Below are positions 18,554 to 28,201 of a stretch of DNA of 64,000 bases, piece after piece. The first letter of the stretch is position 1; each line of letters starts with the position of its first letter. The notes below the pieces were generated by a model that saw only the letters and a list, made by a program, of their open reading frames with translations, made no database searches and was not told the DNA's origin. Made by a program: the position numbers and the translations under genes. This DNA is from Alphaproteobacteria bacterium. Its GTDB lineage: Bacteria > Pseudomonadota > Alphaproteobacteria > UBA828. The stretch is taken from assembly GCA_965214705.1 (NCBI GenBank), contig CBDCCI010000001.1, forward strand, positions 128,001-192,000, written 5' to 3'.

Positions 18554-20200
18554 CCCGGATTTCTCACGAGCGTCCATTGTTGGGTTGTTTGGCGTTTGTC
18601 GTGGGTTTGGTTGGTAGCCTTGCGGTGTGGTCCGGGTAATGACGCAGGAGTGGCGGTGGCGCCGGGGGCGCGGTTGAGGCTGGAGCGGGTTTTTGGTTGT
18701 TGGCGGGAGGGTGGCAGCGGGCCTGAGGCTCGGCTCAGGTGCATAATCGGGCGTGAGCGCGTGCGAACTCGGGCGCGTGGGGTGCGCCTGAGGCCATGGC
18801 GATGCGGATGCGGCGGGTACTCAGGCGGACCTGGGCGCCGATCTTCAGCAGCTTGAGGCGGATCGAGCCGCAGGTAGCGCGGGCAAGGCGAGTTCCGGCG
18901 AGCGCGATGCGCCTGAGCGCTGCGAGCAGCACGTAGGCCATGGCGGCGAACCAGAGGCGGAGCTGGTTGGCGCGCATGGTCTGAGCCGAGGTGCGGTCTG
19001 AGAAGAGGTCGAGCTGGTACTCCTTGATGCGGTTCTCCATCTCGCCGCGGGCGCAGTAGAGGGTCTCGTAGAGTTCCCGCCGGTCGATGGCGGCCGCGCT
19101 CAGCGAGGTGACGACGAAGCGGGGGTTGGCGCGGCCCGGCATCCACTCCGCCTTGCCGACGACACGGCGCGGGCGCGACCAAGTCTTGCACGTGCGGTAG
19201 CGGAACTCGGTGAACAGCCGCGCCGGCTGGCCGCTCTCCCGCGAGCGGGCTTCGGCCAGGTCCAGGGCCGGTTGCAGGCGGTCCGTGAGCCGCGGGTTCC
19301 GGGCGAGCCCGAAGACATAGTCCACCCCGTTCGCCTCGCACCAGGCCATCAGCCCCTCGCGGGCGAAGCCTGAGTCTGCGCGCAGCACGATCTCCACTGC
19401 CGGCCAGCGGGCGCGGATGCGCGCGACGATGCGCGCCACCTCTTCGGCCGCGCCGGCGCTGGCGTCGATGTCGGCCCGCCTCAGCTTGGCGGCCAGCAGG
19501 TGATCGCCGCAGAAGATGTAGAGCGGCAGGTAGCAGTAGCAGTCGTAGTAGCCGTGGAAGAAGCGGCCTTCCTGATGGCCGTGCAGCGGGTCGTCGGTGG
19601 CGTCCAGATCGAGGACCAACCGCTCAGGGGCCTGCCCGTGGGCGTCGAGGAAGAGATCGACGAAGAGCGTCTCGATCGCCTCAGGCTCATGACCGATCCG
19701 GCGATAGCGATGGGCGCCCGAAGGCGCGTGCTCCAGCCGGTTCAGCGTCGACTTGCCCGCAAGCGGCGCACAGCCCGCACGCCCGGCCTCCAAACGCCCC
19801 AGCACCACCCCCAGCACGGGGTCGTGGCGCAGCGCGTCGTGGTCGATCAAGTCCTCGTAGCCCAGCGCGATCCCGAACACCCGCTGGCCCACCAGGGTGG
19901 CAACGTCGTGCACCACACGAGAGGCCGCGCGCCCGTCCGAGAAGCAGGCGGCGAAGCAATCCACCAGTCCGATCGCCCGGTCCGTGGCGCCCAGCAGCAG
20001 GGCGCCCGCGTCCGAGGTCATCACCCCGCCGCCGAAGTCGGCCACCACATCACGCCCGTTCAGGCGTGCAAACTGCATCGCGGGAGGACTACACTCTGCG
20101 GGCATCGGGGAACTCCTCTGCAGCCGGTGAAGTCTTTGTTGCAGAAGAGCTTTCGCACGTGCAGAGCCCCGATGCACACCATACTCGTGAGAAATCCGGG
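18554..20200 (-). mobile_element. Complete IS1380-family insertion sequence (1647 bp)
   Basis: Perfect 17-bp terminal IR CCCGGATTTCTCACGAG; CTAG duplicated at 18550-18553 and 20201-20204. Confidence 0.93.
18735..20105 (-). CDS. IS1380 family DDE transposase
   Basis: TSDAGALLL, LDLDATDDPLHGHQEG..FHGYY, LRADSGF, RGEMENRIKE. Confidence 0.93.
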   Translation of the reverse strand: MPAECSPPAMQFARLNGRDVVADFGGGVMTSDAGALLLGATDRAIGLVDCFAACFSDGRAASRVVHDVATLVGQRVFGIALGYEDLIDHDALRHDPVLGVVLGRLEAGRAGCAPLAGKSTLNRLEHAPSGAHRYRRIGHEPEAIETLFVDLFLDAHGQAPERLVLDLDATDDPLHGHQEGRFFHGYYDCYCYLPLYIFCGDHLLAAKLRRADIDASAGAAEEVARIVARIRARWPAVEIVLRADSGFAREGLMAWCEANGVDYVFGLARNPRLTDRLQPALDLAEARSRESGQPARLFTEFRYRTCKTWSRPRRVVGKAEWMPGRANPRFVVTSLSAAAIDRRELYETLYCARGEMENRIKEYQLDLFSDRTSAQTMRANQLRLWFAAMAYVLLAALRRIALAGTRLARATCGSIRLKLLKIGAQVRLSTRRIRIAMASGAPHAPEFARAHARLCT

Positions 20201-22021
20201 CTAGAACGCCGCCTCCAGCTCGTCGACGAAGCCGGCGATCACGTCGAGGCCGCGCGACCAAAACGCAGGGTCGCTCGCATCGAGGCCGAAGGGGGCCAGC
20301 AGCTCCCGGTGCCGGAGGCTGCCGCCGGCCCGCAGCATGTCCAGATACTTCTGCTCGAAGCCCTCAGGCTCGGCCCGATAGACCGCGTAGAGCGCATTCA
20401 CCAGGCACTCGCCGAAGGCGTAGGCGTAGACGTAGAACGGCGCGTGGATGAAGTGCGGGATGTAGGTCCAGTAGTGGCGGTACTCGTCGTGGAAGCGGAG
20501 CGCCGGACCCAGGCTCTCGCTCTGGACCGCGAGCCAGTGCTCGGAGAGTCGATCGGGCGTGAGCTCGCCTGAGCGGCGCTCCTCGTGCACGCGGCGCTCG
20601 AAGGCGCAGAAGGCGACCTGGCGCACCACGGTGTTCAGCATGTCCTCGACCTTGCCGACGAGCATGACCCGGCGGCGGACGGGGTCGCTCTCGCCGTCGA
20701 GCAGCGCGCGGAAGGTGAGCTGCTCGCCGAAGACCGAGGCGGTCTCGGCCAGCGTCAGCGGGGTCTCCGCCATCAAGAGGCCCTGCCCGCCCGCCAGCAC
20801 CTGATGCACCCCGTGGCCGAGCTCGTGGGCCAGAATCATCACGTCCCGCGTCTTGCCCTGGTAGTTGAGCAGCAGGTAGGGGTGCGCGCCCGGCACGGTG
20901 GGGTGGGCGAAGGCGCCGGGAGACTTGCCGTGGCGCACCGGAGCGTCGATCCAGTCATTGTCGAAGAAGCGCCAGCCGATGGCTGCCAATTCGGGCGAGA
21001 AGGCGCGGTAGGCCGCGAGCACGGCCTCCACCGCCTCATCCCAGCCGATCAGCCGATCGTCGTCCTCCGGGAGCGGCGCGGTGCGGTCCCAATAGTCGAG
21101 GCGGTCCCCGCCCATCCAGCGCGCCTTGAGCGCGCAATAGCGATGGGCGAGACGAGGCGCCGAGGCCTCGACGGCCGCAATCAGCGCGTCCACCACCTCG
21201 TCCTCCACCCGATTGCCGAGATTGCGCGCGGAGATCGGCCGCTCGAAGCCGCGCCACTGGTCCTCGATCTCCTTGTCCTTGGCCAGCGTGTTGGTGATGA
21301 GCGCGAAGGTGCGCACGTTCTCGCCGAGCACGGTGCCCAAAGCCTGCGCCGCCTCCTTGCGCACCTCCCGGTCCTTGTCCGAGAGCAGGTTGAGCGCATC
21401 TGCGCTGGTGAGCGCCTCGCCGCGCACGGGAAAGCGCAGCGCCGCCATGGTCTCGTCGAAGAGGCGCATCCAGGCCGCACGGCCAGCGACCTGCTTCTCG
21501 TGCAGCAGACGCTCCACCTCGTCCGAGAGCTGGAAGGGGCGGAACGCCCGCACGTCGCGCACCCAGGGCGCGTAGCGGGCGAGCGCCGGGGCCTGCAGCT
21601 TCTCCGTGAGTGCTGCGTCCTCGATCCGGTTGAGCTCGAGGGTGAGGAAGAGCAGCCGGCTGCTTGTGGCGGTGGTTTCTTCCCGGACGGTCTGGAAAAA
21701 CTGCGCCGTCTCGGCGTCGTCCATCGCCGTGCAGTAGACGAGGTAGGCGTAGCTCGTCAGCCGCTCCAGGGTCTCCTGGATCGCCTCGTAGCGCGCGATC
21801 AGGCCGCCCAAGGCCGCGCCATCGAGATCGGCGACGCGGCCCGCGAACTCCTCGTGCAGCAACTCGGCCGCCACAGCCGCCTGCGCCAGGTCGTGCTGGA
21901 GCTCGTCCGAGTCAGGCGCGGGGTAGAGGTCGGAGAGGTCCCACCCCGGCAGCGCCGCGTCGTCCCGCGCCTCTGCCGCGCTGTCGAGCCCTCGCGCCCT
22001 TCGCGCCGTCATTGCCGTCAC
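20201..22021 (-). CDS. pepF: M3 family oligoendopeptidase F
   Basis: WDLSDLY, LAHELGHGVH zinc motif, LAETAS, PHFIHAPFYVYAY. Confidence 0.92.
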   Translation of the reverse strand: MTAMTARRARGLDSAAEARDDAALPGWDLSDLYPAPDSDELQHDLAQAAVAAELLHEEFAGRVADLDGAALGGLIARYEAIQETLERLTSYAYLVYCTAMDDAETAQFFQTVREETTATSSRLLFLTLELNRIEDAALTEKLQAPALARYAPWVRDVRAFRPFQLSDEVERLLHEKQVAGRAAWMRLFDETMAALRFPVRGEALTSADALNLLSDKDREVRKEAAQALGTVLGENVRTFALITNTLAKDKEIEDQWRGFERPISARNLGNRVEDEVVDALIAAVEASAPRLAHRYCALKARWMGGDRLDYWDRTAPLPEDDDRLIGWDEAVEAVLAAYRAFSPELAAIGWRFFDNDWIDAPVRHGKSPGAFAHPTVPGAHPYLLLNYQGKTRDVMILAHELGHGVHQVLAGGQGLLMAETPLTLAETASVFGEQLTFRALLDGESDPVRRRVMLVGKVEDMLNTVVRQVAFCAFERRVHEERRSGELTPDRLSEHWLAVQSESLGPALRFHDEYRHYWTYIPHFIHAPFYVYAYAFGECLVNALYAVYRAEPEGFEQKYLDMLRAGGSLRHRELLAPFGLDASDPAFWSRGLDVIAGFVDELEAAF

Positions 22022-22818
22022 CGGCTTTGGTCGAAGGTGGGCTTGCGCCGCTCGCGGAAGGCCGCGAGCCCTTCGCGATGATCGGCGGAGACGTTGGTCA
22101 GCGTCTCGTAGGCGATCGAGGCGTCCATCATCCCATGCGCGAGCTGCTTGAGGCCGACGTTGATCGAGACCTTGGTGAGGCGGATCGCCTGGGTCGCCCC
22201 CCGCTCAAGCTTGCCCACCATCCGGGCGACGCGGGCATCCAGCTCGTCAAGTGGCACGGCTTCGTTCACGAGGCCCAGGGCCGCGGCCTCGGCGCCGTCG
22301 ATCAGCCGGCCGGTCATCAGGAACTCCTTGGCGCGCGGATAGCCGATGAGCTGAGGCCAGATGATCGCCCCACCGTCACCAGCGGAAAGCCCGATGTTGA
22401 CGTGCAGATCGCCGATCCGCGCGTCGTCGGCCGCGATGATGATGTCGCAAAAGAGCGCGACCGTGGCCCCGAGCCCCACCGCGTCGCCGTTCAGGCGGCA
22501 GATCACCGGCTTTTCCAGGTCGAGGAGGCCGAACACGATCTGCTTCGCCTCGACGGCGATGCCGTCGAAGATCGTCGGATCGTCGGCGGCGCTCTGGAGC
22601 CAGTCCATGTCGCCGCCGGCGCAGAAGGCGCGGCCCGCGCCGGTCAGCACGACGATGTCGGTCTCGCGGTCGGCGGCGATGTCGTAGAAGAGCCGCGCCA
22701 TCTCGGCGTGCATGGCCGCACTCACGGCGTTGAGCACGTCGGGCCGGTTGAGCGTGACGGTGAGCACGCGCCGCTCGCGCGCAAACGTCATCGTGGTGTA
22801 GCCGTCGTAGCCCGTCAT
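22018..22818 (-). CDS. Enoyl-CoA hydratase/isomerase family protein
   Basis: VTLNRPDVLNA, FCAGGD, AVGLGATVAL, AGDGG; GGAG RBS. Confidence 0.9.
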   Translation of the reverse strand: MTGYDGYTTMTFARERRVLTVTLNRPDVLNAVSAAMHAEMARLFYDIAADRETDIVVLTGAGRAFCAGGDMDWLQSAADDPTIFDGIAVEAKQIVFGLLDLEKPVICRLNGDAVGLGATVALFCDIIIAADDARIGDLHVNIGLSAGDGGAIIWPQLIGYPRAKEFLMTGRLIDGAEAAALGLVNEAVPLDELDARVARMVGKLERGATQAIRLTKVSINVGLKQLAHGMMDASIAYETLTNVSADHREGLAAFRERRKPTFDQSR

Positions 22819-22894
22819 GCCCGTCTCCTGTGCTGCACGCCGGCGCGAGGGTGTCAGCACGTCGCTGTGAAAGCAATGCAACGTGCACTCCGGG

Positions 22895-23027
22895 ACTTAA
22901 TCATTTCCCTCAATCGCCGGGCGCTCGCTCCGCTCGCTTGGCTCCGCGCCTGGCGGCGCGCGGCGCTAGCGCGCCGTCCGGGCCTGCGGCCCGGTTCCCG
23001 TCACGGCGAATTCCTCATCGGTTGCCG
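22895..23027 (+). repeat. Multi-hairpin dispersed repeat, copy 2
   Basis: Aligns without gaps to 43395-43500 and by its head to 12574-12614 (reverse strand). Confidence 0.75.
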
Positions 23028-23089
23028 GGAACGTGCCCCAAACCATGGTGCGGTGCACAGGGAGGGGCGGCGCGGGGCAGCATCGCGGG

Positions 23090-23836
23090 ATGAGCCAGGA
23101 ACCATCCCGCGAGAACAGTCACGCCATGCAGAACGAACCCCCCAAGAGCACGACGGCCGCGGCATTCGGCCGCTCCTCCATCAAGCGCCTGCCGCCCAAG
23201 CTGCGCGAGGCCGTGGACGCGGCCATCGCGGACGGCGCCACCATCGACGAGATCACCGCCCGCATCCGGGCCGAAGGCGAGACATGCTCGCGCTCGGCCG
23301 TCGGCCGCTACGCCAAGAACATGCGCGACCTGATCCGCCAGCAGCAGGAGACCGACCGCACCATCAAGGCGTGGGTGGATGCGCTGGGCGAGCGGCCGGA
23401 GGGCCAGGCGGGGCTCATCCTGATCGAGACCCTGCGGACCATGGCGCTCGCCACCATGGCTCGTCTCAGCGCGCGGGAAGAGCCCGTGTCGACGGAGGAG
23501 CTCGCCCGCCTCGCCCTCACCCTCAAGCGCATCGAAGGCACCGACAAGCTCCGCAAAGACCGGGAGCGGGCGGCAAAGAAGGCGGCGAACGACGCAGACC
23601 GCGCCAAGCGCCAGGGCGGGCTCTCGCCGGAGGCGGTCGCCATCATCCGCGCGGAGGTAGAGGGCAGGCCCCCGCCACCCCCGCCTGCTCCCCGCACCGT
23701 CACGTCGGTGCCGGTGGACCCGTGGAACCCTGCCGAAGCCCGCCTATACCCATCGATCCCAGCTGATCCCAGCGAGTCCCGCTCGAATAATTCGTTCCCG
23801 TCTCATGGCATGTCAGAGGGAATGCCCGGCGGATAA
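23090..23836 (+). CDS. DUF3486 / Mu-like gp27 (putative small terminase) family protein with Pro-rich tail
   Basis: GRSSIKRLPPKLRE...TIDEI...SRSAVGRY N-terminus and GLSPEAVAIIR near the end; start could be 23126. Confidence 0.75.
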   Translation: MSQEPSRENSHAMQNEPPKSTTAAAFGRSSIKRLPPKLREAVDAAIADGATIDEITARIRAEGETCSRSAVGRYAKNMRDLIRQQQETDRTIKAWVDALGERPEGQAGLILIETLRTMALATMARLSAREEPVSTEELARLALTLKRIEGTDKLRKDRERAAKKAANDADRAKRQGGLSPEAVAIIRAEVEGRPPPPPPAPRTVTSVPVDPWNPAEARLYPSIPADPSESRSNNSFPSHGMSEGMPGG

Positions 23837-23838
23837 AG

Positions 23839-23892
23839 ATGCCCGGAACAAGTCGGGGCATGACGTTGTGAGAGAGGGAGGGGGGACGTAAG
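23839..23892. repeat. REP-like palindrome plus G-rich repeat fragment
   Basis: ATGCCCGGAACAAGTCGGGGCATGAC is related to 43528-43553; GGAGGGGGGACGTAAG is identical to 27991-28006. Confidence 0.65.
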
Positions 23893-23911
23893 AGGCGGCG
23901 GCCGGCCGTGC

Positions 23912-24928
23912 CTAGTGCAAGAAGCAGGCGACCTGATGGCCGGGCTTGACTTCCTTCAGCACCGGGGTCCGCTCGGAGCACTCGGGCATCCGGTGCGGGC
24001 AGCGGGTGTGGAAGGGGCAGCCGGTGGGCGGGCTGATCGGGCTCGGCACGTCGCCTTCGAGCCCGCCGAGGGAATCCGCGCGGGGGCCGTCGGGGTTGGC
24101 CTCGGGGATCGCGCTGATCAGCGCCTGGGAATAGGGGTGCAGCGGCTCGCGGTAGAGGCTCTCGCTCTCCGCAATCTCCACGATGCGGCCGAGGTAGAGC
24201 ACGGCGGTGCGGTTGCAGAAGCGCTTCACCACCGAAAGGTCGTGGGAGATGAAGACGTAGGTGAGCTGGAAGCGCCCCTGCAGATCGATTAGCAGGCGCA
24301 GGATCTGGGCGCGGATGGAGACGTCGAGTGCGGAGACCGGCTCGTCGAGGATCAGCAGCTTGGGCTGGAGGATGAGCGCGCGCGCGATGGCGACGCGCTG
24401 GTTCTGCCCGCCGGAGAACTCGTGCGGCAGGCGGTCGTAATAGTCGCTGCTGAGGCCCACCACCTCCAGGAACTCGCGGGCGCGGTCGAAGCGGTCCACC
24501 TTGTCGCCGATGCCGTGGAAGCGGAGCGGCTCGGCGATCTGGTTGCCGACCGACATGCGCGGGTTGAGCGAGCTGAGCGGGTCCTGGAAGACGATCTGCA
24601 TCTCGCGGCGGAGCGCCAGCAGCTCCTTCTTGGAACACGCCAGCACGTCCACGTCGTCCAGCGTGACCGAGCCTGCGGTGGGCTCGATCAGCCGCAGGAC
24701 GAGGCGCGCGGTGGTGGACTTGCCGCAGCCGGACTCGCCGACGAGGCCGAGGGTCTCGCCCCGCATCACGTCGAAGTCGACGCCGTCGACCGCGCGCAGG
24801 ATCGGCGGTGCGTCGAACAGGCCCTTGGGGTCGAGCTTGAAGTGCTTGACCAGCCCCTCGACCGAGAGGAGGGGGCCTTCGCCGCCGTTTGCGCCGCGGC
24901 CGGCGCCGCCGGAGGTGATGTCGCTCAT
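23912..24928 (-). CDS. Peptide ABC transporter ATPase (DppF/OppF)
   Basis: [25 protein letters not shown]-terminal GCPFHTRCP. Confidence 0.92.
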   Translation of the reverse strand: MSDITSGGAGRGANGGEGPLLSVEGLVKHFKLDPKGLFDAPPILRAVDGVDFDVMRGETLGLVGESGCGKSTTARLVLRLIEPTAGSVTLDDVDVLACSKKELLALRREMQIVFQDPLSSLNPRMSVGNQIAEPLRFHGIGDKVDRFDRAREFLEVVGLSSDYYDRLPHEFSGGQNQRVAIARALILQPKLLILDEPVSALDVSIRAQILRLLIDLQGRFQLTYVFISHDLSVVKRFCNRTAVLYLGRIVEIAESESLYREPLHPYSQALISAIPEANPDGPRADSLGGLEGDVPSPISPPTGCPFHTRCPHRMPECSERTPVLKEVKPGHQVACFLH

Positions 24929-25932
24929 GGCGCGGCTCCTGCGCCCGGCCCACCCGTCTCCTCCGCCTGGACTGCGTGGCACACGGCGGTGGACCCGGTC
25001 GCAGTCTCGACCCAGGGCGGGTCCTGGGTGCCGCAGATGTCCATCGCCTTCACGCAGCGGTCGCGGAAGGCGCAGCCCGGCGGCGGGTCGATGGGAATGG
25101 GCGGGAGGCCGGAGATCGAGCGCAGCTCGGACTCGCGCGAATCGTCGAGCTTGATGATCGAATCCAGCAGCCCCAGCGTGTACGGGTGCCGGGGGTTGCG
25201 GAAGATGGTCTTCACGTCGCCGTATTCGACCATCCGCCCGGAATACATCACCAGCACCTCGTCGGCCATGGCCGAGACCACGCCGAGATCGTGGGTGATG
25301 AGGATCATGGCGCTGCCGAGCTTCTTCTGGATATCCGAGAGCAGCCGCAGGATCTGCGCCTGGATGGTGACGTCGAGCGCGGTGGTCGGCTCGTCCGCGA
25401 TGAGGATGTCGGGCTCGCAGGCGATGGCGATGGCGATCAGCACGCGCTGGCGCATGCCGCCGGAGAACTGGTGCGGATAGTCAGAAAGCCGCCCCTCGGG
25501 CTCGGGGATGCCGACGAGGCGCATCAGCTCCACCGCGCGGGCGCGGGCCTCCTCCTTGCTCGCCCCGGTGTGCGCGATGATGGTCTCGACGATCTGCTCG
25601 CCGATGGTGAAGACCGGGTTGAGCGAGGTCATCGGGTCCTGAAAGATCATGCCGATGCGGTTGCCGCGCAGGTCCTCCATCTCGTGCTCGGTGAGCGCCA
25701 GCAGGTCCTGGTCGCGGAACGAGATGTCGCCGTCGACGATGCGCCCCGGCAGCTCGATCAGGCGCATGATCGACTGCGCCGTCACGCTCTTGCCGGAGCC
25801 GGACTCGCCCACGATGCAGAGCACGCGGCCGGCCTGCAGCTCGAAGGAGAGGCCGTCCACCGCCTTCAACGTGCCGGTGCGGAGCCGAAAGTGGGTCTTG
25901 AGACCGCGCACGCTGAGAACCGGCTCGCTCAC
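24925..25932 (-). CDS. Peptide ABC transporter ATPase (DppD/OppD)
   Basis: [28 protein letters not shown]. Confidence 0.92.
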   Translation of the reverse strand: MSEPVLSVRGLKTHFRLRTGTLKAVDGLSFELQAGRVLCIVGESGSGKSVTAQSIMRLIELPGRIVDGDISFRDQDLLALTEHEMEDLRGNRIGMIFQDPMTSLNPVFTIGEQIVETIIAHTGASKEEARARAVELMRLVGIPEPEGRLSDYPHQFSGGMRQRVLIAIAIACEPDILIADEPTTALDVTIQAQILRLLSDIQKKLGSAMILITHDLGVVSAMADEVLVMYSGRMVEYGDVKTIFRNPRHPYTLGLLDSIIKLDDSRESELRSISGLPPIPIDPPPGCAFRDRCVKAMDICGTQDPPWVETATGSTAVCHAVQAEETGGPGAGAAP

Positions 25933-25944
25933 GACGCCCTCTCC

Positions 25945-26871
25945 TCAGCGCACCCTGGCGCGCGGATCGAGCGCATCGCGCAGGCCGTCGCCGATGAAGG
26001 AGAAGGCGAGCGACACGATGACGATGACGAAGCCGGGGAAGGCGGTCGCGTGCGGCGCCCTCTTCAGCACCGCGCGGCCGTCGGAGACCATGGTGCCCCA
26101 GTCGGCGTCCGGCGGCTGGATGCCGAGGCCGAGGAAGGAGAGGCCGGAGCCCACCACCATCATCAGCCCGATCAGCGTGGTCGAGTAGACGATCACCGGC
26201 GCCAGCATGTTGGGCAGGATATAGCGGGTGAGGATGGTGGGAGTCGTGGCGCCGCCGGCGCGCGCGGCCTCGATATAGGGCTCCTGCTTGACCGAGACCG
26301 TGGTGGTTCGCACCAGGCGCGCGATGTAGGGCACGAGCGCCACGGTGATGGAGAGGATCAGCGTGGCGACGCCGGGGTCCAGGATGCCGGCGATGACGAT
26401 GGCGAGCAGTACCAGCGGAAAGGCGAAGAAGACATCGAGGATGCGCATCACCACCTGGTCAGCCCAGCCGCCGATGTAGCCGGCGAAGAGGCCGAGCACG
26501 ACGGCGATGAAGGTGGCCGCCACGGTCGGCACGACGCCGATGAGCAGCGACACCCGCCCCCCCCAGAAGAGGCGGGAGAGCATGTCGCGGCCGTCCATGT
26601 CGCCGCCAAGGAGGAGGCCGTCGGTCCCCGGCAGGCCGCCGCGGGTGCCGACCGCCTCGGTCGGGTCGTGCGGGCTGATGTAGGGCGCGAAGATCGCGAT
26701 CAACACCACGATGATCATGAAGATCAGCGCGCCCACCGCCGCCTTGTCCTTGGCATAGGCGTGCCAGGCGAGCGTCAGCGTCCGCCACATGATGTGGAGG
26801 TTCTCGCGCCGGAGCTCGGCCGCTGAGCGCTGCCGCATCGACTGGCCGTGGAGGCCCGGCGCGTCGGTCAT
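25945..26871 (-). CDS. Peptide ABC transporter permease (DppC)
   Basis: GRDMLSRL..GGRVSL, EAA motif, SFLGLGIQPP, GDGLRDALDPR. Confidence 0.92.
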   Translation of the reverse strand: MTDAPGLHGQSMRQRSAAELRRENLHIMWRTLTLAWHAYAKDKAAVGALIFMIIVVLIAIFAPYISPHDPTEAVGTRGGLPGTDGLLLGGDMDGRDMLSRLFWGGRVSLLIGVVPTVAATFIAVVLGLFAGYIGGWADQVVMRILDVFFAFPLVLLAIVIAGILDPGVATLILSITVALVPYIARLVRTTTVSVKQEPYIEAARAGGATTPTILTRYILPNMLAPVIVYSTTLIGLMMVVGSGLSFLGLGIQPPDADWGTMVSDGRAVLKRAPHATAFPGFVIVIVSLAFSFIGDGLRDALDPRARVR

Positions 26872-27836
26872 CGCGAGCGCACTCCCTCGGAGATGCGGAT
26901 CTTCGGGTCGGTGTACGCGTTGAACACGTCGACCGCGAGGTTCACCAGCACGAAGGCGACCCCGATGATCAGCGAGGCGCCCTGAATGGTGGGGATATCG
27001 CGCGCCTGGATCGCCTGCCAGAGCTGATAGCCGATGCCGGGCCAGGCGAAGATCACCTCGACGAAGAGCACGCCGCCCAGCAGGTAGCCGAGCTGCAGGC
27101 CGCAGATCGTGGCAATCGGCGGCAGCGCGTTGCGGAGTGCGTGCTTGCGCAGGATCACGCCGCGCCGGATGCCCTTGGCGCGGGCGACCTTGATGTAGTT
27201 CTGGCTCAGGATCTCCAGCATGGTCGCGCGCACGGTGCGCGCGATGATCGCCGCGGGCGCCGCGCCCGCGGCGATGGTTGGCAAGATCAGATGCAGGATC
27301 ACGTCGATCGGCCCGCCGCCGCCGACGATCTTGGTCATGCCGGTCGCCGGCAGCCAGCGCCAGGTCAGCGAGAACAACAGCACCAGCAGCAGCCCGAACC
27401 AGTAGGGCGGAATGCTGCCGAACATGAGGGTGCCGGCGATGGTAAATCGGTCGAAATAGCCGTAGGGCCTGGAGGCCGCGAAGATGCCGGCGAAGAGTCC
27501 GATGACGTAGGCCAGTGCCGCGCTGGTCAGCGCCAGGATCAGGGAGTTCGCGAACTTCGGGAAGATCAGCTCGGCGACCATGCGCCGGTTGGCGATGGAC
27601 TTGCCGAACTCGCCTTGGAGGATGTGGCTCAGCCACTTGCCGTACTGGACCGGAATAGGCTCGTTGAGGCCGAGGGATTCGCGGATCTGCTCGCGCGTCT
27701 CCTCGGTCGCGTAAGGCCCCGTCAGCGTCGTGGTGACGTCGCCCGGCGCGAGGTGGGCCAGGATGAAGACGAAGAACGACACCCCGAACATGATCGGGAC
27801 GATCGTGAGGAGGCGCATGACGATGAACCGCGTCAT
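26868..27836 (-). CDS. Peptide ABC transporter permease (DppB)
   Basis: APGD, HLILPT, ARAKG, HALRNAL, EVIFAWPGIG. Confidence 0.92.
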   Translation of the reverse strand: MTRFIVMRLLTIVPIMFGVSFFVFILAHLAPGDVTTTLTGPYATEETREQIRESLGLNEPIPVQYGKWLSHILQGEFGKSIANRRMVAELIFPKFANSLILALTSAALAYVIGLFAGIFAASRPYGYFDRFTIAGTLMFGSIPPYWFGLLLVLLFSLTWRWLPATGMTKIVGGGGPIDVILHLILPTIAAGAAPAAIIARTVRATMLEILSQNYIKVARAKGIRRGVILRKHALRNALPPIATICGLQLGYLLGGVLFVEVIFAWPGIGYQLWQAIQARDIPTIQGASLIIGVAFVLVNLAVDVFNAYTDPKIRISEGVRSR

Positions 27837-27954
27837 GGCGCGGCGGCGCCTCCCATCGGCAAGCGAACAATCACGCTAACGGACTTACGGTCGCTGCGGC
27901 GCAGCCCCCCGCCACTAGAGCACCCTGCGACCCCAGTGGAATCAGGGCGGCCCG

Positions 27955-28068
27955 TACCCACCTCCCCCTGTCCCCCTCCCCCGAGAGGACGGAGGGGGGA
28001 CGTAAGCGGCAACGCCAACTCTCTCTCTCCGCCCCTAGGGGCGGAGAGAGCCGGGGTGAGGTGGGGGT
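27955..28068. repeat. Inverted pair of CCCACCTC...CCCTCC hairpin repeats (REP/BIME-like)
   Basis: CCCACCTCCCCCTGTCCCCCTCC...GGAGGGGGGAC facing CTCTCTCCGCCCCTAGGGGCGGAGAGAG...GGGGTGAGGTGGG. Confidence 0.6.
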
Positions 28069-28152
28069 TTCTTGGGCCGCACTTCATGCGAAGTGAGGGA
28101 CCGTGATGCAAAGGGTTACGATCCCGTCCGGTCGGATGTCGCACAAGCAGCC

Positions 28153-28179
28153 GGCCGCCGGGCGTTGCGCCCGGCGGCC
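28153..28179 (-). terminator. GC hairpin 3' of the SBP gene (terminator or mRNA stabiliser)
   Basis: Perfect 12-bp stem GGCCGCCGGGCG-TTG-CGCCCGGCGGCC; weak U tail. Confidence 0.5.
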
Positions 28180-28201
28180 CACTCGCTGCTATCCGCGATC
28201 C

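Noticed and set aside
22900-23900. Mu-like prophage
   Set aside because: Only one phage-type gene; neighbours are host metabolic and ABC genes.
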